Positions 38,425 through 48,660 of a stretch of 64,000 nucleotides of DNA are shown one piece after another (the stretch's first letter is position 1; the number at the start of each line of letters is the position of its first letter). This DNA comes from an uncultured Poribacteria bacterium (lineage in GTDB: Bacteria > Poribacteria > WGA-4E > WGA-3G): assembly GCA_958296135.2 (NCBI GenBank), contig CATQHZ020000001.1, positions 3,232,001 through 3,296,000 on the forward strand. The letters are read 5' to 3'. Below the pieces are notes generated by a model. The model saw only the letters and a program-made list of their open reading frames with translations, ran no database searches and was not told the DNA's origin. The translations under genes were made by a program, and so were the position numbers.

Positions 38425-39057
38425 TTAGGTCTCGCCATTCCACGTGAGCGGCTCGTTCCGCAGATAAGGCAGCAGGAGCGTCCTAAGCCGCTTGTGCGCG
38501 TGATGCAGGTGCGCTTTAATGGTGCCCTCGGACCGGTTCAGGCGTGCGGCGATTTCCTTAATGGGGAGTTCTTCGCGGTGACGCAGGTTAAAGACGCGCC
38601 GCTGCCCCGGGGGCAGTTGACTCACTGCCTTCCGGATGATGCATCCGAGTTCCCTATCCTCGGCGAGTCGCGAGGCAGGCGGTTGCATCTCTGTCATCCG
38701 GAGTTCTTCGTCCGGATTGAGCGGTAACTCTTCAAACGCAAACACTTTGTTTCGGTTGCGTTGGCGTAGGAAATCGATGCTGCAATTGACGGCGATGCGG
38801 TAAAGCCACGTGTAAAACGCGGCATCCCCTTTGAAGTTCGGCAGTGCCTGAAACGCTTTCAGAAAGGTGTCTTGGCACAAGTCTTTCGCCGCCTCCCTAT
38901 CGTGAACGCGTTGGCAAATAAGGGTGTAGATTTTCTGCTGATATTTCCGCATGAGTGGGTTGAAAGCTTCGGTATCGCCACTTTGAAACCGCTCAACGAG
39001 CTCGCGTTCGTCCTCGGTGTCCGTGAACAGAGCGTCGGGATAATCTGTACGTTCCAT
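38425..39057 (-). CDS. ECF-type RNA polymerase sigma factor
   Basis: GDTEAF, DLCQDTFLKAF, FYTWLYRIAVN, EIAARL...GTIKAHLH. Confidence 0.93.
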   Translation of the reverse strand: MERTDYPDALFTDTEDERELVERFQSGDTEAFNPLMRKYQQKIYTLICQRVHDREAAKDLCQDTFLKAFQALPNFKGDAAFYTWLYRIAVNCSIDFLRQRNRNKVFAFEELPLNPDEELRMTEMQPPASRLAEDRELGCIIRKAVSQLPPGQRRVFNLRHREELPIKEIAARLNRSEGTIKAHLHHAHKRLRTLLLPYLRNEPLTWNGET

Positions 39058-39408
39058 TTTGTTTCCTCCGGGTTGAATCGAAATCCATTTTCAGTAGATG
39101 AGGGGTTACGCAAACCCATCATTACCGGTGGGTGCGCGGTAGAAGCACGCCGGATGCCAATGCATGGTTCCAAACCGCGGCTACTGTGGACATGCTGTGT
39201 CTGTCTCTATTATATAGAGTCAATTCGGACGAAAAAGGATAGTAAAAAAACAAAAATTCTTCCGCTATCAGTTTACACACTGCAGGTTTCAAAAAGTTCC
39301 CGATTTTTCTTTTAGACACGTTAAAGCGGTTTTTTGTTCAATTTTATTCTCTTGACATGCATCTCCAATTCGGGTACAGTCACACAAAACGCTTTGTGAG
39401 GGATTCTG

Positions 39409-40836
39409 ATGCGCCGGTATAGCATTCAAACCAAAATCGTTTTGCCATTTCTGCTGCTCTTCGCTGTTGTTACCGTCGTTTTGCCGTTGATAACGGTAGA
39501 ATTTTTCGCATGGAAATACGGCGAGCAGTTTACGCGCGAGACGCAAGGGTGGCTCGATGTCATCATTGAAACGGGTTACATCCGGAACAACGAGAAGGTG
39601 AAGCAGGCGTATAGCGTGGAGGTGATGATTTTTGGCTCGGATTACACGCTTAATACGAGCACGCTGACCGGGCTCCCCGATGAAGAGCAAGATTGGGAAA
39701 ATTTGGCAGAGAAAATGCGGCTCCGGGAAGTTAAGCAACGCCTTTTAGCAATGACAGACGGGGTTGAGGGACAAGTCCTTGCGCTACAGATTCATTCAGA
39801 TAGTGCGCCTATTACGCACGATATAACACTCGGTGGGCGGCCCTACAAAGTCTTTTATCTATTGCTTTCGCCCGGACGATTCTACTGCCTGCTGCGGCCG
39901 ATGGAAGAGATTGCGGCGGCGAAACGGACACTCGCCTGGTCCATGTTCGGGATGGGTATTCTGGTGATGGCGACGGTTGCACTCATCAGTCACCTCATCG
40001 GTAGAAATTTGACGGTGCCGATTAAATCTCTCGTCGAATTTACGCAGCGCGTCGCGAGAGGAAAGTTGGATGAGACGTGTGAGGTGAAGACACAGGATGA
40101 AATTGGCGAACTAGCGGCTGCGTTTAATGCAATGACGCAGGAACTTGAGCAGTCGCGAGATAAGTTAATTCAGGCCGAACGGCTGGCAACGGCGGGGAAA
40201 ATGTCTGCTTCGTTCGCGCATGAAATTCGGAATCCGTTATCCTCAATGCGGATGTTGGGACAAATGCTGATGCGGAAAAGAGATATTTCTGCCGAACGGC
40301 ACCAACAATCCGTCCGTTATATCCTTGAGGAGATCGAACGAATTGATGGGATTGTGAAAGGCTTGATGGATTTCGCTCGTCCAACGACGTTGAATCTAGT
40401 GAAGCAACCGCTGATGCCTGCATTGCAAGGCGTGTTATCGCTAATGGAAGCGAACCTCGTGCATCATCAGATTGGGTTGGTGCAACGATTTGCGCCAGGG
40501 CTCCCCGAGATTCGGTTTGATTTGGACAAACTCAAGCAAGCGTTCATGAACGTGGTTTTGAACGCGCTCGAGGCGATGCCGCAGGGCGGCACGTTGACGG
40601 TATCGGCTATTGAGACAGAGGAAAAGATATGCATCAAGGTTACAGATACAGGCGTGGGCATACGAGAGGAAGATTTGCCACAACTATTTGAACCGTTTTT
40701 TACGCGGAAAACGAAGGGGACAGGGCTCGGCTTGGCAAACGTCAAGCGAGTTCTTGAGGAACATGGCGGTAGCGTTTCGGTGGAGAGCACGCTTGCGGAA
40801 GGGACTACGGTTTCGATGTGGTTACCGAGTGCGTAA
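39409..40836 (+). CDS. Sensor histidine kinase (HAMP, NtrB-like)
   Basis: FAHEIRNPL, NVVLNALEAM, FEPFFTRK..GTGLGL; no adjacent response regulator. Confidence 0.93.
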   Translation: MRRYSIQTKIVLPFLLLFAVVTVVLPLITVEFFAWKYGEQFTRETQGWLDVIIETGYIRNNEKVKQAYSVEVMIFGSDYTLNTSTLTGLPDEEQDWENLAEKMRLREVKQRLLAMTDGVEGQVLALQIHSDSAPITHDITLGGRPYKVFYLLLSPGRFYCLLRPMEEIAAAKRTLAWSMFGMGILVMATVALISHLIGRNLTVPIKSLVEFTQRVARGKLDETCEVKTQDEIGELAAAFNAMTQELEQSRDKLIQAERLATAGKMSASFAHEIRNPLSSMRMLGQMLMRKRDISAERHQQSVRYILEEIERIDGIVKGLMDFARPTTLNLVKQPLMPALQGVLSLMEANLVHHQIGLVQRFAPGLPEIRFDLDKLKQAFMNVVLNALEAMPQGGTLTVSAIETEEKICIKVTDTGVGIREEDLPQLFEPFFTRKTKGTGLGLANVKRVLEEHGGSVSVESTLAEGTTVSMWLPSA

Positions 40837-40846
40837 AAAGTTTTCC

Positions 40847-40875
40847 TTGATTTTTCCCGAATTGTTAGGTATAAT
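40847..40875 (+). promoter_or_regulatory. sigma70-type promoter of mdh
   Basis: TTGATT-17nt-TATAAT followed by RBS AAGGAGG. Confidence 0.6.
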
Positions 40876-40903
40876 TGTTACATATTTCCAAAAGGAGGAA
40901 GAA

Positions 40904-41830
40904 ATGGCAAGAAAAAAAATTAGTGTCATCGGCGCAGGGAACGTCGGTGCAACAGCGGCGTTCCTCATCGCGCAAAAACAACTCGCCGATGTCGTCATGA
41001 TCGACATCATAGATGGAGTCCCACAAGGTAAGGCACTTGATATGGCGCAGACATCCCCCGTCGAGATGTTCGATGCAGCAATTGATGGAAACATCGATTA
41101 CGTCGCAACCGCCGACTCCGATCTCGTTATTATCACATCAGGCTCCCCACGTAAACCGGGAATGACGCGCGAAGATCTATTGCAAACGAACGCCAACATC
41201 GTGGGCAGCGTTACGGAGAACGTCGTCAAGCATTCACCCGATTGCATCCTGATGATGCTCACGAATCCGTTGGACATCATGACGTATCACGCCTGGAAGG
41301 TCTCGGGGTTTCCCTCACATCAAGTCGTCGGACAAGCGGGGGTGCTTGATTCAGCACGGTTCCGCTATTTTATCTCGCTGGAGTTAGGGGTTTCCGTAGA
41401 AGACATCCACGCGCTCGTACTCGGTGGCCACGGGGACACGATGGTGCCGCTACCGCGCTATACGACTGTCAATGGCATCCCGATTCCGCAGCTTATTCCG
41501 CACGAACGGATTGAGGCGATGGCGCAACGCACTCGCGATGGCGGGGCGGAAATAGTGAACCTCCTCAAGACAAGTGGATATTATGCCGCGGGGGCATCGT
41601 TAGCACAGATGGCGGAGGCGATTATTCTGGACAAAAAACGGCTGTTACCGTGCTCCGCGCATCTCACAGGGCAGTACGGCATCGATGACCTGTATATCGG
41701 GGTGCCTATCAAACTGGGCGCGAACGGTGTTGAGGAGATTATTGAAATCGAATTGACGAGTGATGAACTCGCGTCCTTGCAGCATTCCGCGCAAACCTAT
41801 CGGGAAGGGATTGCGCTGCTAGGCTACTAA
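40904..41830 (+). CDS. mdh: Malate dehydrogenase (LDH-like)
   Basis: IGAGNVG, PQGKALD, PRKPGMTREDL, NPLD, LDSARF, GGHGDTMVP; start ATG 40904. Confidence 0.96.
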   Translation: MARKKISVIGAGNVGATAAFLIAQKQLADVVMIDIIDGVPQGKALDMAQTSPVEMFDAAIDGNIDYVATADSDLVIITSGSPRKPGMTREDLLQTNANIVGSVTENVVKHSPDCILMMLTNPLDIMTYHAWKVSGFPSHQVVGQAGVLDSARFRYFISLELGVSVEDIHALVLGGHGDTMVPLPRYTTVNGIPIPQLIPHERIEAMAQRTRDGGAEIVNLLKTSGYYAAGASLAQMAEAIILDKKRLLPCSAHLTGQYGIDDLYIGVPIKLGANGVEEIIEIELTSDELASLQHSAQTYREGIALLGY

Positions 41831-41916
41831 AGCGACTCAAATCAGATAATCGTTTGTAGTGCGGGAGCAGACACTCTCGCACTACAGCTGTTCGTTTGGT
41901 ACTCAAATGAGGATGC

Positions 41917-42156
41917 ATGATGGAAAGAAAAACTATGTCAAAAGCAACTATCATCGGTGTTATATTCCTCGTCATCCTCGTTTGCGTTGTGATAGTTCTG
42001 TTGGACAATAGCGAAGAACCAAGCAAAACCAAACGGAATCCACCGAATTTTTCCGGGACGGCCTCAGTGAATCAAATCGATGCGGATTGGGCAGCGTTGG
42101 AAGGCGTTTCCCTACCCGCGCACCGTGGACTTATGCTTTCTGTTCCACCATGCTGA
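41917..42156 (+). CDS. Small single-pass membrane hypothetical protein
   Basis: GAGGA RBS and a hydrophobic N-terminal helix; the 3' end overlaps the convergent gene. Confidence 0.4.
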   Translation: MMERKTMSKATIIGVIFLVILVCVVIVLLDNSEEPSKTKRNPPNFSGTASVNQIDADWAALEGVSLPAHRGLMLSVPPC

Positions 42157-42736
42157 CGAGGATGCCGAGGAGCCTATCGCACCGTTCAATCGTGTAAGTT
42201 GCCATATCAAGGTGGAGCTGCTTTCCCTCCAATTTGAGGAACTGCCAATCTATTCCTGTCGTGGTTGCTCCATAAACGCACGGGATTTCGTTCCCCTGCT
42301 CGGCATTAAAGCGTTGGGCAGCCACCATTTCTGCAACGCATTGTCCAAGCCCTTGTTTCATGTCAAGATTTTTTGCCTCAACCAGGACAATAACAGGAGC
42401 CTGCAAGTCAAGCTGGTCTGGCGACAAACTCACTAAAAAATCGCAAACGCCTGTCAAGTCACTGCCCGGGTCAACGCTGAACTCAATGCCGGAAAAGAAA
42501 CTGATCCGGTAATGGAAGTGTTCAAGGAGCTCAACGAGCACATCGGCGACAATCAGTTCCGACCGGGCTTTCTCCGTGCCGATGGCGGTGGCTAACGATG
42601 CCTTTTTCGCCAAGCCTGTGGTGAGATACGCACTTGGTTCCACTGGCTCCATTTCAGAAAAGTAACCGCGGGACAAGACTTTGTCTAATTGAAACTTTTG
42701 CTGGACCTCGGCCAAGGTGAAGTTGCTATAAGCCAT
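42131..42736 (-). CDS. PD-(D/E)xK nuclease-like protein (HsdR N-terminal-like), paralog 3
   Basis: EKARSE, CDFL, VEAK, GQCVAEM, YGATTTG..WQFL. Confidence 0.8.
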   Translation of the reverse strand: MAYSNFTLAEVQQKFQLDKVLSRGYFSEMEPVEPSAYLTTGLAKKASLATAIGTEKARSELIVADVLVELLEHFHYRISFFSGIEFSVDPGSDLTGVCDFLVSLSPDQLDLQAPVIVLVEAKNLDMKQGLGQCVAEMVAAQRFNAEQGNEIPCVYGATTTGIDWQFLKLEGKQLHLDMATYTIERCDRLLGILVSMVEQKA

Positions 42737-42788
42737 GGGAGTGAACCTCTTTTGCAGCAGGCGGCAATGCTATCCGCGCCTCGTTACA

Positions 42789-43394
42789 TCATGCCTTTTG
42801 TTCCACCATGCTGGTGAGAATACCGAGAATCCTGTCGCACCGTTCAATCGTATACGGGGCCATATCAAGGTGGAGCCGCTTTCCCTTTAATTTCAGGAAG
42901 AGCCATTCGGTGCCTGTCGTGGAAGCTCCATAAATGCAAGCGATGTTATTCCCTTTTTTCGCATTAAAACGTTGGGCAGCAAGCATCTCGGCGACACACT
43001 GCCCAAGCCCAAGCTTCAGGTCAAGATTTTTTGCTTCAACGAGGACGATGACAGGTGCAGCCAAATCAAACTGGTCCGGCGACAGACTCACTAAAAAATC
43101 GCACTCCCCAACTAAGCCGTTCTTGGCATCGACGTTGAATTCAATGCCCGAAAACAAGCTGATGCGCCCCTCTAAGTGTTCGCGGAGTTCAAACAGAATA
43201 TCGGCGACAATCAGTTCCGACCGGGCTTTCTGCGTGCCGATAGCAGTAGCTAACGCCGCCTTTTTTGCCAATACCGTGGAAAGATACGCACTTGGTTCCA
43301 CCGGCTTTATTTTAGAAAAGAGTCCGGTGAACAGAACCTTTTCGAGTTGGAACGTTTTCTGCACCTCGGTTAATGTGAAGTTGCTATAAGCCAT
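42789..43394 (-). CDS. PD-(D/E)xK nuclease-like protein, paralog 2
   Basis: Starts MAYSNF at 43394 after AAGAGG; same motifs as its neighbours. Confidence 0.8.
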   Translation of the reverse strand: MAYSNFTLTEVQKTFQLEKVLFTGLFSKIKPVEPSAYLSTVLAKKAALATAIGTQKARSELIVADILFELREHLEGRISLFSGIEFNVDAKNGLVGECDFLVSLSPDQFDLAAPVIVLVEAKNLDLKLGLGQCVAEMLAAQRFNAKKGNNIACIYGASTTGTEWLFLKLKGKRLHLDMAPYTIERCDRILGILTSMVEQKA

Positions 43395-43443
43395 GAGTGC
43401 ACCTCTTTTGTTGTGGGATGCGATTTTAGCTGCGCTTGTTGCC

Positions 43444-44049
43444 TCACACCTTTTGTTCCACCATGCTGGTGAGAATACCGAGGATTCTGTCGGATTGCCC
43501 AATCGTGTAGTCTGTTCTATCAAGGTAGAGGTGCTGCCCTGCCAATTTGAGGAATTGCCATATTGTCCCTGAAGTGAGAACCCCATAAACAGTGGAGATG
43601 TCATTCCCTTTTTCCGCATTAAAACGTTGAGCGGCGACTATCTCGGCGACACACTGCCCAAAGCTGCTCGTTAGGTCGTCCTTTTTTGCCTCAACCAGGA
43701 TGATAACGGGGGCCTCTAAGAAAGCTTGCATCGGCGAAAGACTCACCAAAAAATCGCACACACCGTTCAAGCCTTTTTCATCATCAACGTTGAAATCAAC
43801 GCCCGAAAACAAACTGATGCGCCGATCAAAGTTTTCGCGGAGTTCAATCAGAACATCGGCAACAATCATTTCTGACTTTGCCTTTTCCGTATTTATGGCT
43901 GCGGCTAATGCCACATTTCTCTCCAACGTCGTGGTGAGATGTGCACTCGGAACTACCCCTGCTATGTTAGAGAAAAGCCCTGTGGATTCAACGATTTCAA
44001 GTTGAAATGTTTTCTGGGCTTCTTCCAAGGTCCAATTACTATACGCCAT
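43444..44049 (-). CDS. PD-(D/E)xK nuclease-like protein, paralog 1
   Basis: MAYSNW start after AAGGAGG; same length (201 aa) and motifs. Confidence 0.8.
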   Translation of the reverse strand: MAYSNWTLEEAQKTFQLEIVESTGLFSNIAGVVPSAHLTTTLERNVALAAAINTEKAKSEMIVADVLIELRENFDRRISLFSGVDFNVDDEKGLNGVCDFLVSLSPMQAFLEAPVIILVEAKKDDLTSSFGQCVAEIVAAQRFNAEKGNDISTVYGVLTSGTIWQFLKLAGQHLYLDRTDYTIGQSDRILGILTSMVEQKV

Positions 44050-44373
44050 TGATTGAACCTCCTTAAAGGTGTTATCTCCCGTATACGGGAGTTAATACCA
44101 TCTGGGGACAAACGCACGCAGGACCCGTGGGGCGAGGCCTCGCCCGACTGAGCGGGTGGTACCTCCCCGTTTACTCCGATTTTTGTCAGTCGACGGCGTA
44201 GGCGTTCTGTTTACAGAACGCCGAAGATGCGCATTCGGAAACCTTGCGAATGCGCTGCGCCGTCGACCGCGCGCAGTGCTGTTTGCGAAAGCCAAACAGC
44301 ACATCTTCGGTTATTTGTTATTACAAATAACCTACGCAAAAATCGGTAGGGGAGGTAATACCTTAATGGCACC

Positions 44374-46296
44374 TTACTTTTTGTTCTTCTTATCGTCGTC
44401 GACGACTTCGTATTCAGCGTCAACGACATCGTCGCCAGCGTCTGTAGGCTCGGCGGTGGCACCGGCGGCAGCTGCACCCGGGTCTGCACTTGTCGTCTGC
44501 TGGTAAAGCTGCGCGGACGCTTCATGCCACACCTGAGTCAGCGCATCGGATGCGGCTTTGATCTCCTCTTGGGTGTTCGCTGCCAAGGCACTCTTGACGC
44601 GCTCAACAGCAGCGGAGACTTTCTCCTTCGTGGCATCGTCTACCTTCTCCCCGAATTCCTTCAGGTTCTTCTCGGTCTCATAGACGAGAGAATCAGCACG
44701 GTTACGGGTTTCAACTTCCTCCCGTTTCTGCTTATCCTCTTCGGCGTGCGCTGCGGCATCTTTCACCATCTGCTCGATTTCCGCATCGGTGAGCCCGGAG
44801 GCGGCAGTAATCGTAATCTTCTGCTCCTTGCCAGTCGCCGTATCTTTGGCAGAGACGTTGAGGATACCGTTCGCGTCAATGTCAAACGTCACCTCGATCT
44901 GCGGCATGCCCCTCGGCACCGGGGGCAAGTCACCCAAACGGAATCTGCCGATAGTCTTGTTGTAAACGGACTGTTCCCGTTCGCCTTGAAGGACATGCAC
45001 GTCAACCGCGGTCTGGTTATCCTCCGCGGTCGTGAACGTCTGCGACTTCTTGGTAGGAATCGTGGTATTCTTCTCAATGAGCCGCGTGAACATGCCACCG
45101 AGTGTCTCAATACCGAGTGACAGCGGGGTAACATCAAGCAGCAGAATGTCTTTGACTTCGGCGTCACCGGCGAGCACGCCGCCCTGAATCGCGGCACCGA
45201 TGGCGACTACCTCGTCTGGATTGACACCCTTGTGAGGTGCTTTCCCGAAGAGTTGCTTTACTGCTTCCTGCACCTTCGGCATCCGCGTTTGCCCACCGAC
45301 GAGGATAACTTCGTCAATATCCGATGCGCGCATCTCGGCATCGTCAAGGGCTTGCCGGCACGGTGTGAGTGAACGTTCAACGAGCGCGTCCGTAATCTGC
45401 TCCAATTTCGCGCGTGTGAGCGTCAGGTTGAGGTGCTTCGGGCCACTGGCATCGACGGTGATAAACGGCAAGTTGATGTCCGTCTGCAGCGTGCTTGAGA
45501 GTTCACATTTCGCTACCTCGGCTGCATCTTTGAGGCGTTGTAGGGCCATCCCATCGTTGCGGAGATCGATGCCTTCACTGCTGAGGAATTCCTTGGCCAT
45601 CCAGTCAATAACCGCCTGGTCGAAGTCGTCGCCGCCGAGGCGCGTATCGCCGTTGGTGCTTTTCACCTCGAAGACACCATCGCCGATTTCCAGGATGGAG
45701 ATGTCAAACGTGCCACCGCCCAGGTCATAGACAGCGATTTTCCGCTCGCCTTCATTTTGCAGTCCGTAGGCGAGCGATGCGGCGGTAGGTTCGTTGATAA
45801 TCCGCTGGACTTCTAGGCCTGCGATTTTGCCTGCATCGGCCGTCGCTTGGCGTTGCGAATCGTTGAAGTAGGCAGGGACGGTGATAACCGCCTGCGTGAC
45901 TTCTTCGCCGAGGTACGCCGCCGCTGTCTCCTTCATCTTCCGCAGCACCATCGCGGAAATTTCGGGTGGCGAGTAATCTTTGCCATCAATAGTAACAACG
46001 ACATCTCCACCTCTATCACTTTTTAATTCATAAGGCACGCGGTCTGCCTCGTCTCCGAGTTCGCTGTATTTCCGCCCCATGAACCGTTTTATCGAAAAGA
46101 GCGTGTTTTTAGGGTTCGTGATGGCTTGCCGTTTCGCGACTTGGCCAACGGGGCGTTCGCCTTCTTTGGTAAACCCTACAACGGAGGGCGTGGTTCGATT
46201 GCCCTCGGTGTTTTCAATGACTTTGGCATCGCCGCTCTCTAATACAGCGACGCACGAATTCGTGGTGCCTAAGTCAATTCCAATGACTTTGCTCAT
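44374..46296 (-). CDS. dnaK: Chaperone DnaK
   Basis: [40 protein letters not shown] tail. Confidence 0.99.
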   Translation of the reverse strand: MSKVIGIDLGTTNSCVAVLESGDAKVIENTEGNRTTPSVVGFTKEGERPVGQVAKRQAITNPKNTLFSIKRFMGRKYSELGDEADRVPYELKSDRGGDVVVTIDGKDYSPPEISAMVLRKMKETAAAYLGEEVTQAVITVPAYFNDSQRQATADAGKIAGLEVQRIINEPTAASLAYGLQNEGERKIAVYDLGGGTFDISILEIGDGVFEVKSTNGDTRLGGDDFDQAVIDWMAKEFLSSEGIDLRNDGMALQRLKDAAEVAKCELSSTLQTDINLPFITVDASGPKHLNLTLTRAKLEQITDALVERSLTPCRQALDDAEMRASDIDEVILVGGQTRMPKVQEAVKQLFGKAPHKGVNPDEVVAIGAAIQGGVLAGDAEVKDILLLDVTPLSLGIETLGGMFTRLIEKNTTIPTKKSQTFTTAEDNQTAVDVHVLQGEREQSVYNKTIGRFRLGDLPPVPRGMPQIEVTFDIDANGILNVSAKDTATGKEQKITITAASGLTDAEIEQMVKDAAAHAEEDKQKREEVETRNRADSLVYETEKNLKEFGEKVDDATKEKVSAAVERVKSALAANTQEEIKAASDALTQVWHEASAQLYQQTTSADPGAAAAGATAEPTDAGDDVVDAEYEVVDDDKKNKK

Positions 46297-46395
46297 GTTA
46301 AAAAATGTCCTTTGTTAAAAATGAACCGGGTAGGCGCGGTTGCAAATCGCGCCTACCGGGTGGATACAGGATAGGGCATTGCCCTGCAATTTACT

Positions 46396-46411
46396 TGCAA
46401 TATCTATGCCA
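46396..46411 (-). promoter_or_regulatory. Putative sigma54 (-24/-12) promoter of dnaK
   Basis: TGGCA-TAGATA-TTGCA with correct GG-N10-GC spacing. Confidence 0.6.
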
Positions 46412-46534
46412 ATAAAAATTGGGGAAAAACTGCGAGTCAGCATGCCAAATCGGCACACGTGAGCACTGTTTGCCAATTTGACACGCAACCTCCCCGGCGG
46501 ATGATGCCGCACCAATCAACCGCAACCGTTTATG

Positions 46535-47257
46535 CTAGGCAAACGGGAACGTGCCTTGATACCCGCGCGGGCGCGAGACATGCCAAACGCCATCATACAT
46601 TGGGGTTACCTGATAGTGACAGACGACGTTGCTTCGCTCCATATCGTCGCGTTCCTTGGCACCTTGATGTGGAATGTGGTTGATAAACACGACACAATCG
46701 CCTGCCTTGGGATGCAAGATGACATGCTCCTGGGCCTCGCACCACGCTTCAAACTCAGGGCGAGCTATCGGATAAAGATGCGGTGGTTCCAACAGATGTC
46801 CGCCTTTGATAAACTTGAGGTGTCCTTCCCCCGGGTCATTGTCCTGAAAGTAGAAAGTGGTGTTGATACCGACAGGAGCCACCGCGAATGGATGTTCATC
46901 GGCATACCGCTTCTCGTGCCAATAGCCGTAGAAGTCCATGTGCCACTCCTGCAGGTAGGGCCCAGGGTTGATATGCGCGCGGAGGCTACGCAGTTGGCAC
47001 TGTTTGCCCATCAACCCTTCTAGATAGGGACGGACGCTCGGATGCCCGACGAGCGGCGCATACGTACCCGGCTCCCGATCAAGAAGCGTATCAAACCACA
47101 TGTTGCCGACAGCGTTCAAACCTTCCTCCCAGCCCATTTCGCGGGCGTAGTTCACCCGGTGCCGAATACGTCCCGTTTCCTCCGGTGACAGCGCGCCTGC
47201 TACCAGAAGGAAACCGTCTTGTTGCAGCTGCGCCAGTTTGTCTTTGATGCCTGCCAT
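46535..47257 (-). CDS. Phytanoyl-CoA dioxygenase (PhyH) family protein
   Basis: DGFLLV, WHMD, GHLKFIKGGH, AGDCVVF...HQG. Confidence 0.88.
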   Translation of the reverse strand: MAGIKDKLAQLQQDGFLLVAGALSPEETGRIRHRVNYAREMGWEEGLNAVGNMWFDTLLDREPGTYAPLVGHPSVRPYLEGLMGKQCQLRSLRAHINPGPYLQEWHMDFYGYWHEKRYADEHPFAVAPVGINTTFYFQDNDPGEGHLKFIKGGHLLEPPHLYPIARPEFEAWCEAQEHVILHPKAGDCVVFINHIPHQGAKERDDMERSNVVCHYQVTPMYDGVWHVSRPRGYQGTFPFA

Positions 47258-47424
47258 CGTTCTATCTCCTTCCGCCTAAGTCCAGATCGCCCGATCTGGA
47301 CCTGCTTCGTTCAAGTAGGTTCAAAGGTTGGACTCAGGCGAGCCCAACCTAACGTAGAAAAGGGAAAATGAAGCCCAAATCGTCCTGAGCGGATAGGGAC
47401 ATCCGCCCTTACAAACTTGATAAC

Positions 47425-48153
47425 TTAATCTAACGACTCTAACGGTTGGGCGTTCCCGAAGACCGGTACCGGTCCGTTAACCGGTGCCGCCCATCGTGCC
47501 GCGTTCGCGATGACGCGCCGAACGTTTTCGTCATAATAGATCGGATAGGTTTCGTGGCCGGGGCGGAAATAGAAGATTTTCCCCCTGCCGCGGTGGTAGC
47601 AGCAGCCGCTCCGGAAAACTTCACCGCCGGGAAACCAGCTGATGAAAATCAGGGTGTCCGGCTCAGGGATATCAAAGGGCTCGCCATACATCTCGGCGTG
47701 TTCCAGCTCAAAGTATTCGCCGAGTCCTTCGACGATAGGATGCCCATGCTCAATAACCCAGAGGCGTTCCTTTTCCGCCGCCTCGCGCCATTTGAGGCTA
47801 CACGACGTGCCCATCAAGCGGGTGAACGGCTTCGAGTAATGCGCGGAATGCAGAACGATGAGTCCCATCCCATCTAGCACGCGTGCACGCACTTTGTCAA
47901 CGATAGCGTCTTCAACGGCACCGTGTGCCATGTGTCCCCACCAAACAAGCACATCCGTGTTCGCCAAGACATCATCGGTTAAGCCGTGTTCGGGTTCGTC
48001 TAATGTGGCGGTTTTCACGTCAAACCCGCCCGCGGTGTTGAGTCCATCGGCGATGACAGCGTGCATGCCGTCCGGATAAATGGCGCGGATAGTCTCGTTC
48101 GTTTTCTCGTGTCTAAATTCGTTCCAGACTGTAACCTGAATCGGTTGCGTCAT
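47425..48153 (-). CDS. thuA: Trehalose utilization protein ThuA family
   Basis: [43 protein letters not shown]; start ATG 48153. Confidence 0.92.
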   Translation of the reverse strand: MTQPIQVTVWNEFRHEKTNETIRAIYPDGMHAVIADGLNTAGGFDVKTATLDEPEHGLTDDVLANTDVLVWWGHMAHGAVEDAIVDKVRARVLDGMGLIVLHSAHYSKPFTRLMGTSCSLKWREAAEKERLWVIEHGHPIVEGLGEYFELEHAEMYGEPFDIPEPDTLIFISWFPGGEVFRSGCCYHRGRGKIFYFRPGHETYPIYYDENVRRVIANAARWAAPVNGPVPVFGNAQPLESLD

Positions 48154-48241
48154 AAGTTTCTCCTTGTGCGCTTGCAAAGCGCGCCTACGTGAGTGTTGTG
48201 TGTCCGTTCTCCGCTCTGTGGGACCTATGCGTTTCTGCCTT

Positions 48242-48625
48242 AATCTGACATAATCTACCAGAGGCATCAGCTGCCGCACTTCCTGCTTCTGCGCTCACAG
48301 CCTCCGAGTCACACCGAGGTGTGCCTACAGCGAGGTCTTACACGAGCTCCACAGGCGTTTTACGCGTCACCAGAGCTGTGTGCCGCGTGTCGTAACTTTG
48401 GTTTCGTTGTCGTCTCAGGTATTGCAGCGAGTCATTGGTCTCGCATCGGTCTTACCGTCACCTCCACCGTCAGTGGTGCCGCCGCACCGCCAACTTTTAG
48501 TCCGCTTTTCACGGGGGGGGGTAGGATTGCCTAACGTGCCTCTTGATACAGTGCAGGAGGAACGCTCATCACGCTCCGTCACCATCCTCTCTAACCTGTG
48601 AGATAAGACGACATTACGTCAGATT
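48242..48625. mobile_element. Non-autonomous element with AATCTGACrTAAT terminal inverted repeats
   Basis: AATCTGACATAAT at 48242 and ATTACGTCAGATT at 48613-48625 (12/13 match); no convincing ORF inside. Confidence 0.5.
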
Positions 48626-48660
48626 CTGTTAGATTTTTCGCCACTGCACCGAGCCCCTTC

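Noticed and set aside
40610-40903. Long N-terminal extensions in the ORF track (mdh; also the Rpn, ThuA, RidA, MoxR and 42789 genes)
   Set aside because: They overlap neighbouring genes or repeats; downstream ATGs match the family start positions.
44524-46318. Long antisense ORFs over dnaK and other GC-rich genes
   Set aside because: Expected shadow frames from codon bias.
46300-46500. CIRCE element upstream of dnaK
   Set aside because: No TTAGCACTC-N9-GAGTGCTAA match.
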